In this document: positions 33,012 to 40,366 of the stretch, piece by piece
Layout of the letters: the number at the start of each line of letters is the position of its first letter
How positions within the stretch are numbered: the stretch's first letter is position 1
Assembly: GCA_030041135.1 (NCBI GenBank)
Contig: JASHOL010000528.1
Coordinates: 6,720 to 70,719, forward strand
DNA: 64,000 nt
Direction of reading: 5' to 3'
From: Streptosporangiaceae bacterium
Lineage (GTDB): Bacteria; Actinomycetota; Actinomycetes; Streptosporangiales; Streptosporangiaceae
The notes under the pieces: model-generated
What the model was told of the DNA's origin: nothing
Databases searched by the model: none
Seen by the model: only the letters and a program-made list of their open reading frames with translations
Made by a program: the position numbers and the translations under genes

Positions 33012-33938
33012 GTGACTGTCTTGGCCGCCACTGATTTACTTGCCGCCAACCAACGTAAGCCGGTGCGCGAGCAGATCGCGCTCTTTGTCGCTGTTACTGT
33101 TCCGTTTCTCGCTGTGGTGTCCGCCGCACCAATGTGGAGTGCGTGGAAGCTTTCGTGGGGTATCGCGGTCCTGACGATCAGCTTCTATGCGATCAGCATG
33201 CTTGGCATAACTGTCGGATTTCATCGTCTGTTCACTCACCGAGCGTTTCGGGCTAACCGGGCGCTTAAGATCTGCCTCGCGGTCGCCGGCAGCCTGGCGA
33301 TCCAGGGGCCGCTCCAACGTTGGGTCGCCGATCACCGGCGGCACCACGCTTTTGCCGATCGCGAAGGGGACCCGCATTCGCCATGGCGGTTTGGGAACGG
33401 GATGTTTGCGGTGCTGAAGGGCATGGGCTTTGCTCACCTTGGCTGGCTGTTTGATCGGTCGGAGACCAACAGTGACGTATTCGCCGCCGATGTTGCCGCT
33501 GACGGCGACCTCGTAATCATCAGTAGGCTGTTCGGCCTTTTTGTGGTAGCTAGCGTTGCTCTACCGCCGTCGATCGAGCTCGCACTCGGCGCGTCAGCCA
33601 GTCATGTTCTCGCCGCGCTCTTCTGGGCTAGTTTAGTCAGGATATTCATGGTTCATCATGTTACATGGTCTATTAACTCTATATGCCATGTTATTGGAGA
33701 TCGGCCGTTTTCGACCCGCGACCGGGCGACCAACTTCTGGCCTCTCGCGATACTTTCGATGGGCGAAGCGTGGCATAACGGCCACCACGCATCCCCAGGC
33801 TGCGCGCGCCACGGAGTGGAACGAGGGCAGATCGATGCATCTGCTTGGCTCATTCGTGCTTTCGAGCGACTGGGCTGGGCGACGAACGTCAAATGGCCAG
33901 AACGCTATCGTTACACGCTTAGGGAGTCCGGGGCATGA
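33012..33938 (+). CDS. Membrane acyl-CoA (delta-9 type) fatty acid desaturase
   Basis: Three His boxes: HRLFTH, HRRHH and HNGHH. Start is uncertain: GTG at 33012 is chosen, an in-frame TTG lies at 32961, and the track ORF begins at 32829 inside the preceding gene. Confidence 0.8.
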   Translation: MTVLAATDLLAANQRKPVREQIALFVAVTVPFLAVVSAAPMWSAWKLSWGIAVLTISFYAISMLGITVGFHRLFTHRAFRANRALKICLAVAGSLAIQGPLQRWVADHRRHHAFADREGDPHSPWRFGNGMFAVLKGMGFAHLGWLFDRSETNSDVFAADVAADGDLVIISRLFGLFVVASVALPPSIELALGASASHVLAALFWASLVRIFMVHHVTWSINSICHVIGDRPFSTRDRATNFWPLAILSMGEAWHNGHHASPGCARHGVERGQIDASAWLIRAFERLGWATNVKWPERYRYTLRESGA

Positions 33939-34177
33939 CAGGCACTGACTCGCCATCGCGGCCCGGCCCCGGCGACCGGCGCTTCGGCATGCGAGCCGGT
34001 CGGCGGAGACAGCGATCCGAGTGGCGCGCAGGATCACGAAACTCGCTCTTGGGATGCTGACACGTGCTGCGCGAACGGTTATCGTGAGGACAGCAAAGTT
34101 TCCTGATTTGTCCGTCCGCAAGGTCGCAGAGTGATCTCGTCGCACGCCCTCCGGTTTCACCGGCAGCTACAGGCGCC

Positions 34178-35071
34178 GTGATGAAGGGGATGACACGGGG
34201 CGTGCGCCCGGTCAGCCGAGCTGACCGGACTCACTGGCTTGCTCTGGGGGCTGTGGCAGGTCCGTTCACATTCGTGGCTGCCTGGCTTGCTCTGGGGTTC
34301 GTTCGTCCAGGTTACTCAATTGTGCGGCAATCGGTCAGCGTCCTCGGTGTCGGCCATGACGGCGACCTCATGAACGTCGCATTTGTGCTCGGCGCATTAC
34401 TTCTATTCATTGGTGTTGCAGGCATTATTCACGTGCTTCGCGAGTCCATTGCCCTCAAGCCAAGTCTGATCTGTGCAGCTTTGCTTGCCCTCCCAGCCGT
34501 CGGGATGCTATGGGCCGGAATCTTCAACATGGATCATCGTCTCCTTCATGGGCTCGGCGCCGGCCTAGCCTTTGGCGCTCCGATACTTGGATTTGCGGTC
34601 GTTGGCCGCACCATACGCAGAGCAGGTGCATGGCGAATTGTCGGCAACTGGCTCCTGTTCGCGAGTCCCCTGACTCTCGTGGTTCTTATCGGATTTCTGA
34701 CGAGTGCTCCGCTATCCGTAATTCAATCTGTTCGTGGCGGCGGAGTCCTCGGGCTCTGGGAACGAGCATTGATCATCGAAGTATTTGCGTGGTACTCGAT
34801 TCTCGGCTGGCGTGCAGTAAGGGCGGCTTCAAGCAGCTCCGGCCGGCGCGCTGGCGGATGCCGTCACAACGCATCCAGGATGGCTGGCATCAGCGGGGAA
34901 GCTCTCAAGACGCAGCCGGGCAGGCCGATACGTGCCTCGTCGTCTGTTCCGGATCACCAGCGTGAAAAAACCCGTGCGCCGCGAGGCCGGCCGCGCCGTA
35001 ACCTCAGCGGGTGGCAAGTTCTGCGAGCGTTGACGGACTCGCGCGTGCATCCGCGGTCATCGGCGACCTGA
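34178..35071 (+). CDS. DUF998-like membrane protein with an atypical basic C-terminal tail of about 80 aa
   Basis: Six hydrophobic segments in the first 215 aa or so. The tail (SSSSGRRAGGCRHN...RGRPRRNL...) runs across the island boundary into high-G+C DNA and overlaps the next ORF. Confidence 0.55.
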   Translation: MMKGMTRGVRPVSRADRTHWLALGAVAGPFTFVAAWLALGFVRPGYSIVRQSVSVLGVGHDGDLMNVAFVLGALLLFIGVAGIIHVLRESIALKPSLICAALLALPAVGMLWAGIFNMDHRLLHGLGAGLAFGAPILGFAVVGRTIRRAGAWRIVGNWLLFASPLTLVVLIGFLTSAPLSVIQSVRGGGVLGLWERALIIEVFAWYSILGWRAVRAASSSSGRRAGGCRHNASRMAGISGEALKTQPGRPIRASSSVPDHQREKTRAPRGRPRRNLSGWQVLRALTDSRVHPRSSAT

Positions 35072-35229
35072 TCGACCGAATTCCTGCCGACCAGTGGACC
35101 GCCCCGACCCCCTGCGCGGAGTGGAGCGTGCGAGAAGTCGTCGGTCATCTCGTCGGGACGAACCTCGTGATGCTGGCGATGTTCGATGAGGGCCCGATGC
35201 CCGGACGTGACATTCCGTGGACGCCATGA
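35011..35229 (+). pseudogene. Truncated N-terminal fragment (72 aa) of a DinB_2 / mycothiol-dependent-isomerase-N-domain (TIGR03086-like) protein
   Basis: Contains DRIPADQWTAPTPCAEWSVREVVGHLVG, the characteristic N-terminal motif of a family that is normally about 190 aa. The ORF stops after 72 codons, 33 nt before the convergent gene. Confidence 0.5.
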
Positions 35230-35262
35230 GCTTTCAGCTGACCCGAGCGGCGGAGCAGGCAG

Positions 35263-35685
35263 TCAGGCGGGGGGCGCGTTCAGCCCCAGCCGCCGCTGCT
35301 CGATAGCCAGGCAGCGGTCTTCGACGTAGAGCAGGCCAGCGCCCTCGGCGATGCGGCGCGCCTGCGCTGAGGCGATGCCGAGCTGCAGCCACAGCGCCGT
35401 AGCGCCAGCCGCGACGGCCTGCCGGGCGAACTCAGCCGTCTGCGCAGATGGCCGGAACACGTCGACCAGCCCCACTTGCTCGGGTACGTCGGCCAGCGTC
35501 CGGTAAGCCGGCTCGCCGAGGATCAGGTCGGCATGAGGGTTCACGGGAATGATGCGCCAGCCGTGTCGCTGCATGTGCGCCGGCACCGAATGCGCCGCCT
35601 TGGCGGCCACGGAACTGGCGCCGACCACCGTGATCGTGCCATAGGAGGTCAGGATCTGCTCGACGATCGCATCAGTCTCGGTCAC
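35263..35685 (-). CDS. CoA-binding domain protein (YccU-like)
   Basis: Contains ITVVGASS...WRIIPVNP....AYRTLADVPEQVGLVDVFRP. Confidence 0.8.
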   Translation of the reverse strand: MTETDAIVEQILTSYGTITVVGASSVAAKAAHSVPAHMQRHGWRIIPVNPHADLILGEPAYRTLADVPEQVGLVDVFRPSAQTAEFARQAVAAGATALWLQLGIASAQARRIAEGAGLLYVEDRCLAIEQRRLGLNAPPA

Positions 35686-35707
35686 GTAGTCACCGTAGCC
35701 TGGGGCG

Positions 35708-36133
35708 ATGGAGGATCCCTACGACCTGGAGCGCTTCGTGGCTGCCCAGGATGCCGGCGGCAGCTACCAGCACGCAGTCGAGGAGCTCGCCCGCGGGCGC
35801 AAAACCAGCCACTGGATGTGGTTCGTATTCCCGCAGATAGCCGGCCTGGGACAAAGCCCGACGTCGAAGCTCTATGCGATCAGCTCGCTTGCGGAGGCGC
35901 GGGCCTACCTGGATCATCCCGTGCTGGGCGGGCGGCTCAGGCAGTGCGCCGGCCTGCTCACCGCCCAGCACGGACGGACCGCCGAGCAGATCTTCGGCGG
36001 AATAGACGCGATGAAGCTCAGGTCCTCCATGACGCTATTCATGCACGCCGCGCCAGAGGAGCCGGTGTTCCGGCAGGTCATCGAGCAGCTCTGCGGCGGC
36101 GTTCCCGACCCCGCCACCGAGCAGCGCCTCTGA
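35708..36133 (+). CDS. DUF1810 family protein
   Basis: Contains LERFVAAQD...Y..A..EL..G.K.SHWMWFVFPQ..GLG.S.....Y. Confidence 0.75.
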   Translation: MEDPYDLERFVAAQDAGGSYQHAVEELARGRKTSHWMWFVFPQIAGLGQSPTSKLYAISSLAEARAYLDHPVLGGRLRQCAGLLTAQHGRTAEQIFGGIDAMKLRSSMTLFMHAAPEEPVFRQVIEQLCGGVPDPATEQRL

Positions 36134-36139
36134 TGCGCG

Positions 36140-36652
36140 TCAGACCGGCGGCGCTAGGCCCTGCCCGAGGACCTGGCCCAGGCCGGAGAAGGTGAACGCG
36201 GCGGCGTCCGCCTCCAGGGCGGTCGTCAGCAGCCGGATCGTGACCGGGCCGATGACCGGCAGCGCGTCGAGACCATGCCAGGCGACTTCGACCAGCTCAC
36301 CGTCGTGGACGCGGGCTTCGCCGCCCGTGAGCCGGCAGCGGAAGCAGTACTCCAGGTACTGGACCTGATCACCGTTGGGGTAGGTGATCGGCGGGGAAAC
36401 GCTGATCGTCGTGAGTACCTCGGGGACGGCGACCACGCCGGTTTCCTCGTAGATCTCCCGGCAGGCCGCGTCCGCGGGCTGCTCGCCGGGGTCGATGATG
36501 CCGCCTGGCAGCGTCCAGTTGCCGGTGTCGTTGCGCCGGCCCAGCAGGACCCGGCGACGGTCGTCCAGTACGACGCCCATGGCGGTCGACAGCCAGAGCC
36601 GATCACGGCCGACCTTCTGACGCAGGTCGAGAACAAACTGAGGAGTCGGCAT
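36140..36652 (-). CDS. NUDIX hydrolase
   Basis: Nudix box GGIIDPGEQPADAACREIYEETGV. Confidence 0.85.
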   Translation of the reverse strand: MPTPQFVLDLRQKVGRDRLWLSTAMGVVLDDRRRVLLGRRNDTGNWTLPGGIIDPGEQPADAACREIYEETGVVAVPEVLTTISVSPPITYPNGDQVQYLEYCFRCRLTGGEARVHDGELVEVAWHGLDALPVIGPVTIRLLTTALEADAAAFTFSGLGQVLGQGLAPPV

Positions 36653-36695
36653 ATGTCCATTGTCCTGGTCGGCCCGCAGACGGCTGGTGGCGGGT

Positions 36696-37661
36696 TCAGC
36701 CCGTCGGCCTGGCCCGGCGGACGATCTCCTCGGCGGCGGCCACGAGGTCTGATGGCAGCGGCCGGAAGTGCGGGATGATCCTGGCCTCGGCCGGCGAGCG
36801 GGCGCCGACGATGGCCCTTGCTCCCTTGGCGAGCACCCAGCCGACGGCGAGGCCAGCCATCGTCATCTGGCCCTGGCTGGCGAGCTCGCTCAGCTCCCGG
36901 CGCAGCTGGGCCAGGTCCAGCCGGCCCGCATCGGCCCAGGGCAGGTTCCGGCGGAAGTCGCCGGCCTCAAGTGCGTCCAGATCGAAGTCGTCGGCCAGGA
37001 AGCCTGACGCCAGCGGCGACCAGGCCAGGAAGGCGGCGCCGTGACTCGCGCACCAGTCCAGCACTCCGGTCGTCTCAGGCTCGCGGTGCAGCAGCGACAA
37101 CTGGTGCTGTACAACGCTGACCGGGCCGATCGCGGCGGCGCGGTCCATCAGCTCGACCGGGTGATTGGACAGGCCGCCTGCTCGCGCCTTGCCCTCCGCG
37201 ACCAGGCCGCAGACGGTCTCCCACGCTCGTTCCACCGGCGTGTCAGGGTCCGGGTCGTGCAACTGCAGCACGCCTACGGACGACACGCGAAGACGGCTAA
37301 GACTCGCGGCAACGTCGGCGCGGATGGCGTCAGTGCCGTGATCCTCATGCGAGCTGCCGTCGGGCCGCCGGAACGTCCCGCATTTGGTCAGCAGCACTGG
37401 CCTTGTCTTCTCGTCCGCCAGCGCGGCGCCGGTGATCGTTTCCGCTCGCCCCCAGCCGTAGAACGGCGCGGTGTCGATCCAGGTCACGCCTGCCCTGGCG
37501 GCAGCTTGGACGGTGGCCACGGCATCGTCCCGGCCGGCCGGGCCCCAGTCGAGATACCAGCCAGGCCCGGAGCCCAGCGGGGCGGTGCCGAGCCCGGCCA
37601 GACCCGGTAGTTCCACGGCGTCGGTCACGGCGCCATCCTCGCCGCTTGTGCGCGGTGACAC
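36696..37661 (-). CDS. Aldo/keto reductase
   Basis: Contains GLGTAPLG.....WG, IDTAPFYGWG and QLHDPD blocks. Confidence 0.8.
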   Translation of the reverse strand: MSPRTSGEDGAVTDAVELPGLAGLGTAPLGSGPGWYLDWGPAGRDDAVATVQAAARAGVTWIDTAPFYGWGRAETITGAALADEKTRPVLLTKCGTFRRPDGSSHEDHGTDAIRADVAASLSRLRVSSVGVLQLHDPDPDTPVERAWETVCGLVAEGKARAGGLSNHPVELMDRAAAIGPVSVVQHQLSLLHREPETTGVLDWCASHGAAFLAWSPLASGFLADDFDLDALEAGDFRRNLPWADAGRLDLAQLRRELSELASQGQMTMAGLAVGWVLAKGARAIVGARSPAEARIIPHFRPLPSDLVAAAEEIVRRARPTG

Positions 37662-37719
37662 CAGTCCGTGGCCACCCGCGACGAAGATCGCGTGCAGCGC
37701 CCGGCGGTACCCTGGCGTT

Positions 37720-39501
37720 GTGCGGGAGCCGATCTCGAACCATCGTCCGGACGGCTTCCTGGCGCAGCCGGCAGGCCCCGATCGCTACAAATGGATAGTC
37801 CTGTCGAATACCACGCTCGGCGTGACGATGGCGACCATCGACATCTCGATCATGCTGATCGCGCTGCCGGACATCTTCCGCGGCATCCACATCGACCCGC
37901 TCGCCCCCGGCAACAGCTTCTACCTGCTCTGGCTGATCCTTAGCTTTATGGTCGTCACCAGCGTGCTGGTGGTCAGCCTCGGCCGGCTGGGCGACATGTA
38001 CGGCCGGGTTCGCATGTACAACCTCGGTTTCGTCGTGTACACGCTGTTCTCGCTGGTGCTCACCGTCACCTGGTTCAGCGGTACCGCGGCGGCGATCTAC
38101 CTGGTGGTCATGCGGGTGTTCCAGGGCGTAGGTGCCGCCCTGCTGCTGGCGAACTCGACTGCAATCCTGACCGACGCGTTCCCCGAGGATCAGCGCGGCA
38201 TGGCGATCGGCATCAACCAGGTTGCCGCGATCAGCGGGTCATTCCTGGGCCTGGTGCTCGGCGGCGTGCTCGCGCCCATCCAGTGGCGGCTGATCTTCCT
38301 GGTCTCGGTGCCGTTCGGGCTGTTCGGCACGGTGTGGGCATACCTGAAGCTCCGGGAGGTGCCCCGGCGCGGCACCGCGACAGTCGACTGGCCGGGAAAC
38401 ATCACCTTCGCGCTCGGCCTCATCGGGATCATGATCGGGATCACTTACGGCATCCAGCCGTACGGCCACTCGACGATGGGCTGGATGAGCCCACTCGTGC
38501 TCGGCTGCCTGGCCGGAGGCGTGGCCCTGCTTACCGCGTTCGCAGTGATCGAGACCAAGGTCGCCGACCCGATGTTCCGGCTGCCGTTGTTCAAGATCAG
38601 GGCGTTTACCGCGGGCAGCCTGTCGTCCCTGCTCGCCGCCATGGGGCGGGGCGGGCTGATGTTCATGCTCATCATCTGGCTGCAGGGGATATGGCTTCCG
38701 CGGCACGGCTACAGCTTCAGCCAGACGCCGCTGTGGGCTGGCATTTACATGCTGCCGCTCACGGCGGGCTTCCTGCTTGCGGGCCCGGTCTCCGGCTTCC
38801 TGTCGGACAAATTCGGGTCGCGGCCATTCGCCACGGGCGGCATGGTCGTGGCGGCGGGATCGTTCCTGCTGCTGGAGATGCTCCCGATCAACTTCTCCTA
38901 CTGGGCGTTCGGGCTGATCCTGCTGCTGAACGGCCTGGCCATGGGGGCGTTCGCGGCGCCGAACCGGGCCGGCGTCATGAACAGCCTGCCGCCGCAGCAC
39001 CGCGGCGTGGGCTCGGGGATGAACTCCACGTTCCAGAACAGCGCCCAGGTCCTCTCGATCGGCGTGTTCTTCACGTTGATGATCCTTGGACTGTCGGCCA
39101 CTTTGCCTGGCACGCTTTACCACGGGCTCGTCGCGCACGGCGTGCCGGTACGGGTCGCAGCCGCGGCGGCACACCTGCCGCCGGTCTCGACGCTGTTCGC
39201 TGCGTTCCTCGGCTACAGCCCGGTCCAGCACCTGGTGGGCCAGTCGGTCCTGGCCAGGCTGCCCGCGCATCAGGCTGCCACGCTGACCGGGCGCAGCTTC
39301 TTTCCCACGCTGATCTCCGGCCCGTTCGCCAGCGGACTGGGCGAGGCCTTTGACTTCGCCATCGCGGCATGCCTGGCGGCGGCCGCGATGTCCTGGCTGC
39401 GCGGCGGCAAGTACCACTATCAGGAGCCCGCTGCCGCGGCCGAGCCCGCGGCGTCTCTCGCCGACGGAGAGCATGGGGCGTCGCTGGCTCAAGGCCAGTA
39501 A
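37720..39501 (+). CDS. MFS transporter, 14-TMS DHA2 (EmrB/QacA) type
   Basis: Contains LGVTMATIDISIMLIALPDI and GRLGDMYGRVRMY (motif A-like). The internal GTG at 37720 is chosen because upstream track-ORF residues overlap the divergent AKR gene. Confidence 0.8.
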   Translation: MREPISNHRPDGFLAQPAGPDRYKWIVLSNTTLGVTMATIDISIMLIALPDIFRGIHIDPLAPGNSFYLLWLILSFMVVTSVLVVSLGRLGDMYGRVRMYNLGFVVYTLFSLVLTVTWFSGTAAAIYLVVMRVFQGVGAALLLANSTAILTDAFPEDQRGMAIGINQVAAISGSFLGLVLGGVLAPIQWRLIFLVSVPFGLFGTVWAYLKLREVPRRGTATVDWPGNITFALGLIGIMIGITYGIQPYGHSTMGWMSPLVLGCLAGGVALLTAFAVIETKVADPMFRLPLFKIRAFTAGSLSSLLAAMGRGGLMFMLIIWLQGIWLPRHGYSFSQTPLWAGIYMLPLTAGFLLAGPVSGFLSDKFGSRPFATGGMVVAAGSFLLLEMLPINFSYWAFGLILLLNGLAMGAFAAPNRAGVMNSLPPQHRGVGSGMNSTFQNSAQVLSIGVFFTLMILGLSATLPGTLYHGLVAHGVPVRVAAAAAHLPPVSTLFAAFLGYSPVQHLVGQSVLARLPAHQAATLTGRSFFPTLISGPFASGLGEAFDFAIAACLAAAAMSWLRGGKYHYQEPAAAAEPAASLADGEHGASLAQGQ

Positions 39502-39598
39502 GCGTGTCAGGGATGCATGCTCCCAGCCGGCTCGGGAGCACCGGGAAGCAACGCCAGCCCAGCCAGCACGGCCCGACCGGGGGTATAGCTTCGTTCCC

Positions 39599-40270
39599 AT
39601 GCCAATCGCGCAATTCAAGGATCTCTGTATCGATGCGAGCGACTCAGCCCGGCTTGGCCCTTTCTGGGCCGCAGTCCTCGGTCGCGAATGGGAAGCCAAA
39701 GGTGACGGCGACGGACTGCTGACCGGCCCGACGAGGAACCACACGATCTGGGTCAACGGGGTTCCGGAGGGCAAGACGGTCAAGAACCGGATTCACCTGG
39801 ACATCTACGCGAGGGACCTGGCGGAGCTGGAGGCGCTCGGCGCGACGATCGTCGAGCCGCAGGGCACGCGACGCTGGACGGTCATGGCCGATCCCGAAGG
39901 CAGCGAGTTCTGCGCGTTCCTGCGCGCCGAACTCCCGGCCGAGAGGCTGCACGGCCTGGTCGTGGACAGCGCCGACGCCGGGGCGCAGGCCCAGTGGTGG
40001 GCCGGCGTGTACGGGGTCGGTGTCACCAAGAACGACGGCTGGTTCGCGCTTGAGAGCGTCGTCCCCGGCATGCCGATGCTCACGATGGACTTCGTCGCGG
40101 TGCCCGAGCCCAAGACCGTGAAGAATCGCGTGCACTGGGACGTCACCGTAGACAGCGTGATCCCGCTCGTGGAAGCCGGGGCCACGCACCTGCGCGAGCC
40201 AGGGGGCGACATCTCCTGGCATGTCCTGGCCGACCCGGAGGGCAACGAGTTCTGCGCCTTCACCGAATGA
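39599..40270 (+). CDS. VOC-family (glyoxalase-like domain) protein, two tandem domains
   Basis: Two repeats each end in KNRIHLDI...W.VMADPEGSEFC / KNRVHWDV...WHVLADPEGNEFC. ATG at 39599. Confidence 0.75.
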   Translation: MPIAQFKDLCIDASDSARLGPFWAAVLGREWEAKGDGDGLLTGPTRNHTIWVNGVPEGKTVKNRIHLDIYARDLAELEALGATIVEPQGTRRWTVMADPEGSEFCAFLRAELPAERLHGLVVDSADAGAQAQWWAGVYGVGVTKNDGWFALESVVPGMPMLTMDFVAVPEPKTVKNRVHWDVTVDSVIPLVEAGATHLREPGGDISWHVLADPEGNEFCAFTE

Positions 40271-40277
40271 CCATGGC

Positions 40278-40325
40278 GGCCTATGCCGGACTCCGCCCGG
40301 CCTATGCCGGACTCCGCCCGGCCTG
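40278..40325. repeat. 21-bp tandem direct repeat ggcctatgccggactccgccc, 2.3 copies, in a convergent intergenic region
   Basis: Read directly from the sequence: 40278-40298 and 40299-40319 are identical, with a partial third copy. Confidence 0.9.
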
Positions 40326-40366
40326 GCCGCCACGTCCGTGCCCGGCTGCGCCTGGCCCTGCGCGGC

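Larger units (their letters stand above)
29500..34950. other. Low-G+C compositional island (putative horizontally acquired lipid-modification cassette). No integrase, tRNA or flanking repeat was seen.
   Basis: Hand counts of 60-nt lines give 55% G+C (30001-30060) and 45% (31741-31800), against 78% at 28501-28560. All five island genes are on the plus strand. Confidence 0.7.

Noticed and set aside
29500-34950. Calling the low-G+C island an integrative mobile element.
   Set aside because: No integrase, recombinase, transposase, tRNA target or flanking direct repeats could be found by eye. Only the compositional anomaly is supported.
34961-34998. A possible Rho-independent terminator on the minus strand (G+C-rich segment followed by TTTTTT) downstream of the CoA-binding gene.
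   Set aside because: I could not draw a convincing uninterrupted stem in cggcgcggccggcctcgcggcgcacggg. The site is also about 290 nt past the stop codon.
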